Positions 22,527 through 31,346 of a DNA stretch of 64,000 bases are shown in pieces. Below the pieces are notes generated by a model, which searched no databases, was not told the DNA's origin, and saw only the letters and a list, made by a program, of their open reading frames with translations. A program made the position numbers and the translations under genes. Origin of the DNA: Candidatus Lustribacter sp. GTDB taxonomy: Bacteria; Vulcanimicrobiota; Vulcanimicrobiia; Vulcanimicrobiales; Vulcanimicrobiaceae. Positions within the stretch are counted from its first letter, which is position 1; each line of letters begins with the position of its first letter. The stretch lies in assembly GCA_965277805.1 (NCBI GenBank), contig OZ255842.1:5056001-5120000 (forward strand), given 5' to 3'.

Positions 22527-23705
22527 TTACTTCTCGAGCGGATCTTTGACGGTCGGGTAGACGGCGATTTCTGTGTTCTGGTAGACGCCGTTGATTTTGT
22601 CCACGCGGCGGATGTAGATGTTCTGCACGACGTCGCGCGTCTGCCGGTCGATTTGGACCGGCCCGCGCGCGCTATCCAGTTTGATGCCTTTGAGCAGTGC
22701 CATGGTCTTGTCGGGGTCGAGCGTGCCGTTTTGCTGGGCGGTGACCTTATAGATGGCTTGCAACGCGTCGTAGGTCGCGACTGAATAGAAGTCGGGGGAA
22801 GCGATCGATGTGTCGGCGGCTCGCATGTCGCGGGTCAGGACCGCATTGAGCGGCGACACGTGAGCCGCCGAGTAATTCATCGCGGTATAGACTCCAAGTA
22901 CGTCATCGCCGAGCGCCGGCAGCGCTTGTTCGTTCGTTTCCCCGGTCGCCAGAACTTTGATCCCGCTCTGCTGTCCGCCGGCAGCCCGCCAGGCCTTCAT
23001 GAACGGACCGAACGAGCCGGTCAAAAACGTGAAAACTGCTTGCGGTTTCGCGTCGCGAACGCGTTGGACGTAGGCCGAGAAGTCGATCGCATTCGTTGGA
23101 ACGCGTACCTCGCCCGAGATCGTACCGCCGCCGGCGGTGAATGCGGTGCTGAACGCTGATGACGCATCGAGGCCGGCCGAGAAGTCAAGATAGACGAGGT
23201 AGACGTTCTTGATGTTGTTCTTCAACGCCCACGCAGCGAGCGGATGCGTGAGCTGGCCCTCCGTGTAGCTGAGGCGGGCCATGTACGGGTTGGGCTCGAG
23301 CAGTCCGTAGCCGGCGGCGTTCACGATGATGGTCGGCGTTTTCGAAGCCGTCGATACGTCGCCGACCGCCTTCGCATTCGGCGAAGACATCAAACCCATC
23401 AGGAAGTCGACGTGATCGTTGACGACGAGTTCTTGCGCCAAACGCTTCGCATTTTCGGGTGCAAGCCCGCTGTCGTCGCGCTTGATGATCTCGAGCTTGC
23501 GGCCCGCGACCTGTTCACCGTGTTCTTTGATGAAGGCCGCCACCGCGGCATCGCTGTCTTTGCCGTATTGCGTGAAGAAGCCGGAAAACGTCGATATGAG
23601 ACCCACGCGCAATGGCGGCTGATCCGCACCCGCGCTCTGCGACGAGACGAGGGTCGCGCACAAAAAACTTGCGAGCGCGAGCGAAGCAAAGACGCGTGCA
23701 TTCAT
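22527..23705 (-). CDS. ABC substrate-binding protein, LivJ/aromatic-compound type
   Basis: VAGRKLEIIKRDD, AKRLAQELV, DSARGPVQID, RDVVQNIYIRRV. Confidence 0.88.
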   Translation of the reverse strand: MNARVFASLALASFLCATLVSSQSAGADQPPLRVGLISTFSGFFTQYGKDSDAAVAAFIKEHGEQVAGRKLEIIKRDDSGLAPENAKRLAQELVVNDHVDFLMGLMSSPNAKAVGDVSTASKTPTIIVNAAGYGLLEPNPYMARLSYTEGQLTHPLAAWALKNNIKNVYLVYLDFSAGLDASSAFSTAFTAGGGTISGEVRVPTNAIDFSAYVQRVRDAKPQAVFTFLTGSFGPFMKAWRAAGGQQSGIKVLATGETNEQALPALGDDVLGVYTAMNYSAAHVSPLNAVLTRDMRAADTSIASPDFYSVATYDALQAIYKVTAQQNGTLDPDKTMALLKGIKLDSARGPVQIDRQTRDVVQNIYIRRVDKINGVYQNTEIAVYPTVKDPLEK

Positions 23706-23781
23706 ACGCTCGCGAACTTCGGAGAGGCCGGCAGGGAAACCCGCTGCGGGCTTGGGTCAGCGATACGTGGAAGCTCCGCGC

Positions 23782-24345
23782 GTGAGCGTCGTGGAAGTCG
23801 CGCCGGGAATCTACGTAACGCGCGCGTTCGAGGCCGGCGAAGCTGCCGATCTCGTTGCCGGCGCTGCACGTGCAACCGCATGGCAAGACGCGGGCATCAA
23901 TGCAAATCTCGACGTCGATCGCTCAGTGCGGGATGCCGAGGTCCTCTTCGAGCCGGCCGCCGGTGCCGGCTCGGCGGAGCGTTCGCTGATCGCTCGATGC
24001 CGTGACCGGCTCTTCTTGGCAACGCGCACGGTCGCTGCCGCCGTCGCCCCCAAAACGGTCCTCGCGGAAATACAGATCGTGCGCTACCACGCGGGCGGCC
24101 GCTACGTCGAACACCGCGACACGCCCGAACTCGGCGCAACGCCGCGCGCGCTCTCGCTCGTGTGTTACCTCAACGACGACTTCACCGGCGGCGAAACCGT
24201 CTTCATCAACCCGGAAATCACGATCCCAATCGTAACTGGAAACGTCGTCGCATTTTCCCCGATCCTACTCCATCGCGCCGAACCCATCATCACCGGCACC
24301 AAGTACGTCATCACCGCCTGGTACCACACCCCACCCCCGCGCTAA
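23782..24345 (+). CDS. 2OG-Fe(II) oxygenase (prolyl-hydroxylase-like)
   Basis: HRD...YLNDDFTGGETVF...H.AEPI..GTKYVITAW. Confidence 0.88.
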   Translation: MSVVEVAPGIYVTRAFEAGEAADLVAGAARATAWQDAGINANLDVDRSVRDAEVLFEPAAGAGSAERSLIARCRDRLFLATRTVAAAVAPKTVLAEIQIVRYHAGGRYVEHRDTPELGATPRALSLVCYLNDDFTGGETVFINPEITIPIVTGNVVAFSPILLHRAEPIITGTKYVITAWYHTPPPR

Positions 24346-24353
24346 GTCGTTCG

Positions 24354-24755
24354 CTACGCGGGCTGAACGCTCGTGCAGTACATGCAGCGGTGCGCACCGA
24401 GCGGAATCGTGCTCAGGCACTCGGGGCAGGTCGTTGTGGAGGGCGCAACCTCAGCCGGTTTGCGCCACGCCGCGACCTTTTGAGTGGGCAGCACGATCAC
24501 GTAATAGACGGCCGCTGCGATACAGAGAAACGAGAAGATCGAGTTGAGAAAATCGCCGTACAAAAAGTGACTGTGATTGATGGTCAACACGAGCGATTCA
24601 AAACTCGGCTTCCCGAAAACTGCGGCAATCAACGGCGTGATCAAGTCCTTGACCAGCGCAGTGACCACCGCTCCGAACGCCCCGCCGATGACCACCGCTA
24701 CTGCCAGATCGATCACGTTCCCGCGATTGAGAAACGCCAAAAACCCCTTAATCAT
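24354..24755 (-). CDS. mscL: Large-conductance mechanosensitive channel MscL with C-terminal double CxxC
   Basis: FLNRGNVIDLAVAVVIGGAFG; YGDFLNSI; CPEC...RCMYC. Confidence 0.92.
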   Translation of the reverse strand: MIKGFLAFLNRGNVIDLAVAVVIGGAFGAVVTALVKDLITPLIAAVFGKPSFESLVLTINHSHFLYGDFLNSIFSFLCIAAAVYYVIVLPTQKVAAWRKPAEVAPSTTTCPECLSTIPLGAHRCMYCTSVQPA

Positions 24756-24786
24756 GCCCGCACCATACCATATCTTGCGTTTCCGG

Positions 24787-25113
24787 TCAGTACGTCTGTT
24801 TCTGCTTTGTCTCGATCTCCGCGATCTTGTCATCAAGTTCGCGCCGGTCGATCAGCCCTTGAAGATGGTCGACCTCGGCCCAAGTCCCGGCGCCGAGAAA
24901 CGCCGCGGCCAAAAGCATGCAACCAAGGGCGACCGGCAGCTCGAACGGCGCAACGTTCCAATGCGCAACGCCGCCGAAGGACGAATCGCGGCTAAATCGC
25001 GACAGCCAGACCGCACCCAGGTAGAGATACCAAAGGACGAAGTAGAGCGCGCCGCCCGCCAGCGCGCTCAAGACCAGTACTTGCAGCATGCGAAAAACGG
25101 TCCCGCCCTTCAT
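24787..25113 (-). CDS. Small hypothetical membrane protein
   Basis: Two hydrophobic segments; ATGA overlap with the upstream SBP gene. Confidence 0.55.
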   Translation of the reverse strand: MKGGTVFRMLQVLVLSALAGGALYFVLWYLYLGAVWLSRFSRDSSFGGVAHWNVAPFELPVALGCMLLAAAFLGAGTWAEVDHLQGLIDRRELDDKIAEIETKQKQTY

Positions 25114-26726
25114 GGGCGAAGCGTCCAATCTGCGATATTCCAAAATGTGGAGTTGACGATCGGCGGACGCACGCCATCGAGCTTTGCCGAGCGCATGTCG
25201 GTGATCTCGGCCCAGCGGAGCGTATAATACGGCAGTTCGCGCACGACGAAGTCTTGGATGCGGTCGTACAGTGCCTTACGTTTGGCGAATACCGGGGTGG
25301 AGGCCGCTTGCATTTCCATGTCCGTGAGCTCGGTGCTTCGAAAAAATGCAAGATTGTTGCCATGCGGCGGAATGGCGTCGATGGTATTGATGTTGAAGCC
25401 GGTCGGATCGGGTACGGCGTTGACGAACGCCGCAAGCGCGACGTCGATCTTGCCGCCGTAATAGGGCCCGCCCGCCGCTGCCGGTGCAAAGAACGTCGAC
25501 GGCGGGAACGTTTTGATAACGGTCTCGACGCCGATCGCCTTCCAGCGTTGCTGCAAGATCACGCCCGTCTGCTCCCGTGTGATGTTACCGCTAGGAAAGC
25601 CCAAGACGATGCTTAGCCGCTTTCCGCCTTTCACGCGAATGCCGTCAGCTCCGGGCACCCAGCCCGCCGCGTCGAGCAGCGCAGCGGCGTGCTTCGGGTC
25701 GAACGGGTAGTAGCTGACCTTCCGGTTATACCAAACCGTGCTGGGATTCTGATCCGCGGGCGCGAGCGCGCCGATGCCGTGCGCAACCTTCGCGAACAAC
25801 TCGTGAACGTCGAAGCCGTAGCACAACGCGAGACGCACGTTGTGGTCATTCGCCGGTGTGCGCTGGGTGTTGAAGGTGAGATGCTCCCAATACGATTGCG
25901 CGTTGATCGCGGGGAGCATTCCCGGGATCGGTCCAAGATTCACGTAGGTTGAAATATTCAACCGATCTGCCATATCGAGCTCGTGCGTGCGAAGCGCGAT
26001 CATCATCGTGTTGTCGTCGGCCAGAAATCTCACCACCACCCGTCCGATTTTCGGGGCACCGCGAAAATAATCGCGATTCGCCTCGAACACCATGTCGCTG
26101 CCGCGATGCCAGGCAACGAGCTTATACGGCCCACTCCCGACGGCGGCGGTCGCGACGTCGACTTGATTGAGGTTGGGGAGCGAACGCAACAGATGGGAGG
26201 GCACGATGGCGCCGCCGACCCGATCGCTGAACCCATCGATCGCCGGTGCCCACGGCCGTTTGAGAACGATTCGCACGGTATAGGGATCGGGCGTCTCGAT
26301 GCGGTCTATGACATTGTACGGATCGCTGACGTTGACGTTGTTGTTCGGATTCCGAAGCGCCGCAAACGTGAAGGCGACATCTTCGGATGTCACCGGCGCG
26401 CCGTCGTGCCAGCGCGCGTTGTGAACGAGATGGTAGGTGATCGACCGGCCGTCCGGCGCGATGCCGCCGTTCGCGAGGGTCGGCACGCGCTCGGCAAGAT
26501 CGGGTACCTGATTGCCGTGCTCGTCGTAGCGCGTGAGGCCGTCAAAAAGAAATTGTGCGATATCGGTTTCAACGGCAAGGGTACCGATAATCGGGCTCAA
26601 CGTTCCCGGTTCCTGGGTTAGCGCAACGTGGAGTTCCGCCGGCGACTGCGCATCGAGTTGCGGAAGCCCGGGAGCGAGCACGCCGATGATGAACGCGCTC
26701 GCCAGCGCAACCCGAAGCAGACGCAC
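25110..26726 (-). CDS. Peptide/nickel ABC substrate-binding protein (family 5)
   Basis: WHDGAPVTSEDVAFT, GSGPYKL, NVRLALCYGFD; start codon uncertain. Confidence 0.88.
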   Translation of the reverse strand: MRLLRVALASAFIIGVLAPGLPQLDAQSPAELHVALTQEPGTLSPIIGTLAVETDIAQFLFDGLTRYDEHGNQVPDLAERVPTLANGGIAPDGRSITYHLVHNARWHDGAPVTSEDVAFTFAALRNPNNNVNVSDPYNVIDRIETPDPYTVRIVLKRPWAPAIDGFSDRVGGAIVPSHLLRSLPNLNQVDVATAAVGSGPYKLVAWHRGSDMVFEANRDYFRGAPKIGRVVVRFLADDNTMMIALRTHELDMADRLNISTYVNLGPIPGMLPAINAQSYWEHLTFNTQRTPANDHNVRLALCYGFDVHELFAKVAHGIGALAPADQNPSTVWYNRKVSYYPFDPKHAAALLDAAGWVPGADGIRVKGGKRLSIVLGFPSGNITREQTGVILQQRWKAIGVETVIKTFPPSTFFAPAAAGGPYYGGKIDVALAAFVNAVPDPTGFNINTIDAIPPHGNNLAFFRSTELTDMEMQAASTPVFAKRKALYDRIQDFVVRELPYYTLRWAEITDMRSAKLDGVRPPIVNSTFWNIADWTLRP

Positions 26727-26808
26727 CAAGTAATATTTCTCCGGCTCGTGAGGGAAGCCCGCCGCGCAGGCGGCAAATGCATGGCCCGCGGCGAACGGCG
26801 GCGACGAG

Positions 26809-27348
26809 ATGAACAACAGCACGTCGCGCATTCAGGATATCCCGCCGGAGCAACTCTCGCCGCAGCAAAAGGCGGTGCTGGAAGACGTCCAGGCCGGACG
26901 CGGATTTCTCCCGGCCCCCTATCGGGTATGGCTACATCACTCCGCCATTGCGGAGCGCATGGAACGCTTGGGAACGTATTTGAACAAACGCGGCTTGCTT
27001 AGCGAGCGCGAGTTCGAAATCGCCATCACCGTGGTTGGGCAGCAGCTCGATAGCCCCTACGTGATCAACGCGCACATCAACGCGCTGGTGCGCACGGGTC
27101 ATCCGCCGGAGGTGGTCGAGGCGATCCGCGAACGCCGCCGGCCGACCTTTGCCACCGAGCGCGAAGGCGTGATTTACGACATCGCGATCAACGCCTATGA
27201 CCCTCAGCCGGCATCAGATGAGCTGTTCGAACACGCAACGCGCGTTCTCGGACGCGACGGGCTCGCCGAACTCATCGTGTTGATCGGCTATTACACCTCA
27301 GTAGCGTTAGCGATGAAGATGCACCGCGTGCCGGTGCCGCAGAAATAG
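26809..27348 (+). CDS. Carboxymuconolactone decarboxylase/AhpD-like family protein
   Basis: LSEREFEIAI...YVINAH...GLAELIVLIGYY. Confidence 0.8.
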   Translation: MNNSTSRIQDIPPEQLSPQQKAVLEDVQAGRGFLPAPYRVWLHHSAIAERMERLGTYLNKRGLLSEREFEIAITVVGQQLDSPYVINAHINALVRTGHPPEVVEAIRERRRPTFATEREGVIYDIAINAYDPQPASDELFEHATRVLGRDGLAELIVLIGYYTSVALAMKMHRVPVPQK

Positions 27349-27366
27349 CGCGACCGCAATCAGAAC

Positions 27367-27804
27367 CTACGGCGCCTCGCCGTAGCGGGTGATTGCCCGC
27401 CGGATCGTCTTCTTGTACGTGTTGAAGAAGCGCTCCGAGTTGTCGTCGCCGGCCTTGATGTAGTCCTCGCGCTTGGTCTGGAACGCGTTGAGGAAGTGCA
27501 CGATGCCGTAGAACGAGACAACCTCCGACGCGAAAACCGCATCGCATGTGCCGAGGTTTCCAGCCTGAGCATCGTAGAGTGCGGTCTCGAACGGCAGCAG
27601 CGGAAGTTCACGCGACCCGGGCTCATCGAGCCAGGCGAGCCGATCAGCCAGTAGGCGCGCAATTCGCGCCATCTCCGCGCTGAGAGCAGTGGTAATGTTT
27701 GCCCGAACCCGGCGCCGCTCCATGATGAAGTAATACAGCCCGAGACAGGCCGGCAGTGTGATTCCAAGCAGTGGAATGAGGATCGATGTGGCGAGGTTCA
27801 GCAC
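27367..27804 (-). CDS. Hypothetical protein with N-terminal TM helix
   Basis: 145 aa ORF with a TM helix followed by a helical domain. Confidence 0.6.
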   Translation of the reverse strand: MLNLATSILIPLLGITLPACLGLYYFIMERRRVRANITTALSAEMARIARLLADRLAWLDEPGSRELPLLPFETALYDAQAGNLGTCDAVFASEVVSFYGIVHFLNAFQTKREDYIKAGDDNSERFFNTYKKTIRRAITRYGEAP

Positions 27805-28004
27805 GAGACGAGGCCCTCAATGATTGGACCAAAGCACGACCAAGCTTCCATAAACGAGCCACTTGGCCGCTAAGGCAGCCGGGCGATTAGTCAAGCGCCA
27901 CGCGCATTGCCCTAAAGTACGAGTTTGGGTTTTTACCTCGTCAGGTACATGGGTTTGGAATTTCCGCCATTCAAGTGCCTCATTTAGGTGCCTAAGGAGA
28001 AAGC

Positions 28005-29285
28005 GTGATCCGACGCGGGTTAACTTTGGTTTGTCTAAGCGTTCTGATCATGGTGATCGCGTTCGGCTCATGGAAGGTCTACACGGAACGTGCGCTTCGT
28101 CATTTACAAGCGCGCGAGGACGATCCGAATCCCGTCAAAGCTCGTCGCGTTGGCGGAATCCGCATTTCTTTGTCGACGCCCGTTAACTTCACGCACGTGG
28201 TCGTCGACAATAAAACTCTCCCAAACGGTCGCAAGCCGAAGGTGATCATCGATCCTGACGGTCAAGGGGGCGTCGTCGGGGCGCAGTACGGGAACAAGGG
28301 GTTTGCGCTGTATCGGCCCGGGCACGCGCCGTCTATCATCAATACGTACAGCCTCGGTATCGGTGACGAGGATGCACAGGCGGCCGATCTTGACGGTAAC
28401 GGATCGCCGGATATTGTCGTAGGCGGATTGGATAAGGTGATGTTTGTACTCTACAATCCGAATCGCCGTCGATGTCCGAATGTCTATCATTGTACCTGGA
28501 AGAGAGCGGTCATCGATAGCATTCACCCATCACACGATGTGCTGGTGGGAGATGTAAATCGAGATGGAAAGAACGATGTCGTCACTGAAGCCGGCGTCTA
28601 TTTCAACCGGGGGAGAGGACACGCGTGGCAATTTGCGGGGCGAGGTTTGATCCCGCGCGATGGGGAGGGAACGAGTCTCGGCGCTGTCTCGGCAGATGGC
28701 ATCTTAGATATTTTTGCTCCCTACCAATCAGGGACGCGTTTGGCGCGCTTCGTAAACCCGTTGCATCATGGTGCTGACCCGACTCACCACAATTGGCGAA
28801 CGCAGGTCATCGATCCCCATCCTCTCTTCGCCGGCAACATGACGATCGCCATCGCGGACATCAACCAGGACGGACGCAACGACATCGTCCTTGCTCCCAT
28901 GTATGGGGGCGGTGGTCTCGTGTGGTATGAAAATCCGAAGCCCGGAGCTACCGTCTGGTTACGCCATATGATCGACCCGACGGTCAACTTCGTCCACCAA
29001 GGATCGCTCCAGATTGGTAACTTCGATGAGAAGGGCGGCGCGGATATTGCCTTCGCGGAACAAGACCAATCGCCAACTCGTCGCATCGGCGTCTTTTACA
29101 ACGAAACGCGCAACGGCACTCGCTGGCGTCTCCAGGTGCTCTCGACGGACGGCGGGCACAACATTAAAGTCGGGGCGTTGGGGCGCGCTCGCCGGTTGAG
29201 TATCGTTTCGGCGCGGCACGGATACCTTGGAGGTAAGAATCCGCTCATTGCCTGGGAAGCCCAGCACGCGCAGCCTAGCAAGTAG
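28005..29285 (+). CDS. FG-GAP/VCBS repeat beta-propeller protein, membrane-anchored
   Basis: ADLDGNGSPDIVVG, GDVNRDGKNDVV and ADINQDGRNDIVL repeats; AAGGAG SD. Confidence 0.85.
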   Translation: MIRRGLTLVCLSVLIMVIAFGSWKVYTERALRHLQAREDDPNPVKARRVGGIRISLSTPVNFTHVVVDNKTLPNGRKPKVIIDPDGQGGVVGAQYGNKGFALYRPGHAPSIINTYSLGIGDEDAQAADLDGNGSPDIVVGGLDKVMFVLYNPNRRRCPNVYHCTWKRAVIDSIHPSHDVLVGDVNRDGKNDVVTEAGVYFNRGRGHAWQFAGRGLIPRDGEGTSLGAVSADGILDIFAPYQSGTRLARFVNPLHHGADPTHHNWRTQVIDPHPLFAGNMTIAIADINQDGRNDIVLAPMYGGGGLVWYENPKPGATVWLRHMIDPTVNFVHQGSLQIGNFDEKGGADIAFAEQDQSPTRRIGVFYNETRNGTRWRLQVLSTDGGHNIKVGALGRARRLSIVSARHGYLGGKNPLIAWEAQHAQPSK

Positions 29286-29337
29286 GCGGGCTGTGTTTAT
29301 GGCGAATCCGAATCCGGAAAGCGCCAGCGGCTTTGCG

Positions 29338-29445
29338 TTAGGCGTGATTGCAACCGCGAAGTAAGGCCACGACGACGAGCGTCAGTAGTGCGGACGTCAG
29401 CAGAGAGCCGAGGCATCCCATGCGGCTGCTGAAGAATAGGAACAC
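29338..29445 (-). CDS. 35-aa single-TM microprotein MFLFFSSRMGCLGSLLTSALLTLVVVALLRGCNHA
   Basis: Manual translation from GTG 29445 to TAA 29338; below the ORF-track size cutoff. Confidence 0.55.
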   Translation of the reverse strand: MFLFFSSRMGCLGSLLTSALLTLVVVALLRGCNHA

Positions 29446-29624
29446 GTTCGGAGCTGTACCCCAAAGCCGTCATTGTGCTCGGTCGCTGATTTACGTGATC
29501 CCCGTCACGCAAATGCGGACGAAACGCCACTAATTGTAATGGAATCGCAAGCTCGGAAAAAGACGCCTGGTATGATTGTGTAAACGGCCTGGCGCGCGTA
29601 CCACGCAGCGACTAAGCTCGTCTC

Positions 29625-29828
29625 ATGTTGATGTCACTAAAGGAACAGGCTGCGCTGCTCATCCCCTGTCCTCATCCGACAAAAGACGGACGGGCGTGTA
29701 AGGCCTACGTTTCGTGGTTTTGCGCCTCATGCAAACGGTTTACGTGCCGAATCCACGTGACTCGTCGCGATCGTGCTCCGGTCTGCCCCCACTGTTCTCA
29801 CGGTCTGAGCCGTCTTGGGGACCAGTGA
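29625..29828 (+). CDS. Small Cys7-His zinc-finger protein A
   Basis: C-x9-C-x5-W-x-C-x2-C-x3-TC-x2-HV-x8-C-x2-C. Confidence 0.7.
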   Translation: MLMSLKEQAALLIPCPHPTKDGRACKAYVSWFCASCKRFTCRIHVTRRDRAPVCPHCSHGLSRLGDQ

Positions 29829-30067
29829 TGAGCGAGGCGCGCAACGCCGGCATTTCCGATGCCGAGCGGCGCACCGCTAAATCAGTTTGCGCGGCTACCA
29901 CGGTAGGCGGTGAGGCTTGCAGAGCGATCCCGCGTTGGCGGTGCGATGCGTGCGATCGTAATACGTGCGCCAACCACGTTGTGAGACTCCCCGCGGGGCC
30001 GCTCTGCGTGATCTGTAAGCGGCCCGCGACGCCGCTGATGCGGCGGAGCAATGCTCATCGGAACTGA
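29828..30067 (+). CDS. Small Cys7-His zinc-finger protein B (paralogue of A)
   Basis: Same Cys/His spacing as A; TGATG overlap with A. Confidence 0.7.
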   Translation: MSEARNAGISDAERRTAKSVCAATTVGGEACRAIPRWRCDACDRNTCANHVVRLPAGPLCVICKRPATPLMRRSNAHRN

Positions 30068-30073
30068 GAAGAG

Positions 30074-30289
30074 ATGTTAGAAAAACAAGTCGAGCTGAGC
30101 CTAGTAAGAACGCTACATGCGCTCAAGCTCGCTATCCCTGGTCCCGTTTCTTCTAAGACTGACATTGGCGCAGGCAGCCACCGCATGAGTTATATTTGGC
30201 CCTGTGGATGCGCAGGTTTCGGCAGCGATGATGAAGCCCTAACTGTCAACTGCTGCTCAAAGCATTTCGGATTAATCTCCGGTCTGTAG
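30074..30289 (+). CDS. Small protein with WPCGC...CCSKH motif
   Basis: 71 aa ORF starting 6 bp after B. Confidence 0.55.
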   Translation: MLEKQVELSLVRTLHALKLAIPGPVSSKTDIGAGSHRMSYIWPCGCAGFGSDDEALTVNCCSKHFGLISGL

Positions 30290-30324
30290 TATAAACCCAA
30301 TTATTGCAGAGCCTCACTCCCGCG

Positions 30325-30363
30325 AAAAAAGAACCCGCTAATCCCTTACGGGACGCGGGCTCT
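30325..30363 (-). terminator. Intrinsic terminator downstream of the displaced tRNA 3' fragment
   Basis: Minus strand AGAGCCCGC-GTCCC-GTAA-GGGA-TTA-GCGGGTTCT followed by a T run. Confidence 0.65.
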
Positions 30364-30364
30364 G

Positions 30365-30416
30365 ACGTGGTGGAGGTGAGCAGACTCGAACTCCTGACCC
30401 CTTACATGCGAAGCAA
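30365..30416 (-). repeat. att site: duplicated 3' half of tRNA-Ala (52 bp, 1 mismatch versus 49854-49905)
   Basis: ACGTGGTGGAGGTGAG[C/G]AGACTCGAACTCCTGACCCCTTACATGCGAAGCAA at both positions. Confidence 0.95.
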
Positions 30417-30542
30417 AACGAGCACAAAAAGCGAGAAGACGAAGAAGCCCCGCAACTCCGGGAAAAACCAATAGCTGCAAGGCTTTTTGTGCCGTTCCGG
30501 TTTCCAGGGGCTTCCGCCGACTTCCGCACCTTTCCGCCGAAA

Positions 30543-30564
30543 TGGTCGTCAAATGGTCGTCAAA
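30543..30564. repeat. Tandem TGGTCGTCAAA x2, putative integrase arm-type site (left)
   Basis: Identical 22-mer at 49767-49788. Confidence 0.7.
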
Positions 30565-30598
30565 AAAGCGACCGACTAGGCGGGAGACGTCTGCGATT

Positions 30599-31054
30599 TT
30601 AGTCGTACGCCCCGAGCTCCGCACCTAGCCCGGTCAATTCGGAGAGCGCCTTCTGCCGTTCGATCGCGCGCCGGCTCTTATACGCGAGGACGTCACCTAA
30701 GCGGAGTCGACGGTGCCGCCCCACCAGCTCGTGCGCCAAGTCCCCGCGGTCGATGAGGCGTATCAGGTATTGGCGCGAGACACCAAGGAGGTCGGCCGCT
30801 TTAGTGGTCTTCAGCTGGTGGTGAACGGCGCCAATCGCGATTGCATCGCCACGGCTGAGGATCTCGACCGCGCCCACGATAGTGCGGCAGATGGCCTCGG
30901 GCAGCTCTAGCGGCTGTTGGTCGCAGCCGACAAGCAAAGTAAGCGCGCTCGTCTGAGTCCGCGACAAAACCGCCCCGATCCGTGCAGCCTCGGCGCGATC
31001 GCACTCTTGGCCCTCAATGATGTCGACGCCGGGTCGCTCCAGAATTGCTTTCAT
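30599..31054 (-). CDS. Excisionase-family (HTH_17/MerR-like) DNA-binding protein
   Basis: LKTTKAADLLGVSRQYLIRLIDRGDLAHELVGRHRRLRLGDVLAYK. Confidence 0.85.
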   Translation of the reverse strand: MKAILERPGVDIIEGQECDRAEAARIGAVLSRTQTSALTLLVGCDQQPLELPEAICRTIVGAVEILSRGDAIAIGAVHHQLKTTKAADLLGVSRQYLIRLIDRGDLAHELVGRHRRLRLGDVLAYKSRRAIERQKALSELTGLGAELGAYD

Positions 31055-31061
31055 GAGGCCC

Positions 31062-31091
31062 AGGGTAGGCGCTAAACGCTATAAACGCAAC
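31062..31091 (-). promoter_or_regulatory. Putative leaderless promoter of the HTH gene with a GCGTTTA direct repeat
   Basis: Minus strand TTGCGT-N17-TACCCT-N7-ATG; GCGTTTA occurs twice across the -35 and spacer. Confidence 0.45.
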
Positions 31092-31293
31092 CTGGCGCTT
31101 TGAACGCTCGGCAACGACTTTGAGTTACGCGATCCTCGGGCTGTCATCTAAGACCATTTGAGGGGCATTCTCTCCTGACGGCCAGGGTCTGATTGACAGT
31201 TATCCGAGCGTGGCACAGTAGAGCTCGCCAAGTGCGACTAGCTGACTTAGTGAGGGGCCATGAACTCCCAGGGACGGAATCCGTGAGCCGGAC

Positions 31294-31345
31294 GTTGCGT
31301 AATTTCACGAGTTGCGGAATTCTGCAACATCTGATATATTGCAAC
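31294..31345 (+). promoter_or_regulatory. Promoter plus 52-bp imperfect palindromic operator of the abiEi-like gene
   Basis: GTTGC..GTTGCGGAA|TTCTGCAAC..GCAAC (18/26 arm identity); contains TTGCGG-N17-TATATT ending 6 bp before ATG 31347. Confidence 0.65.
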
Positions 31346-31346
31346 T

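Noticed and set aside
27900-28000. Short GTAC/GTTTGG repeated motifs upstream of the FG-GAP gene
   Set aside because: Possibly regulator boxes, but too short and degenerate to support a call.
30365-30416. Second tRNA gene
   Set aside because: Only the 3' half is present, with no D-arm or 5' acceptor strand and a T-stem mismatch; it is an att site.
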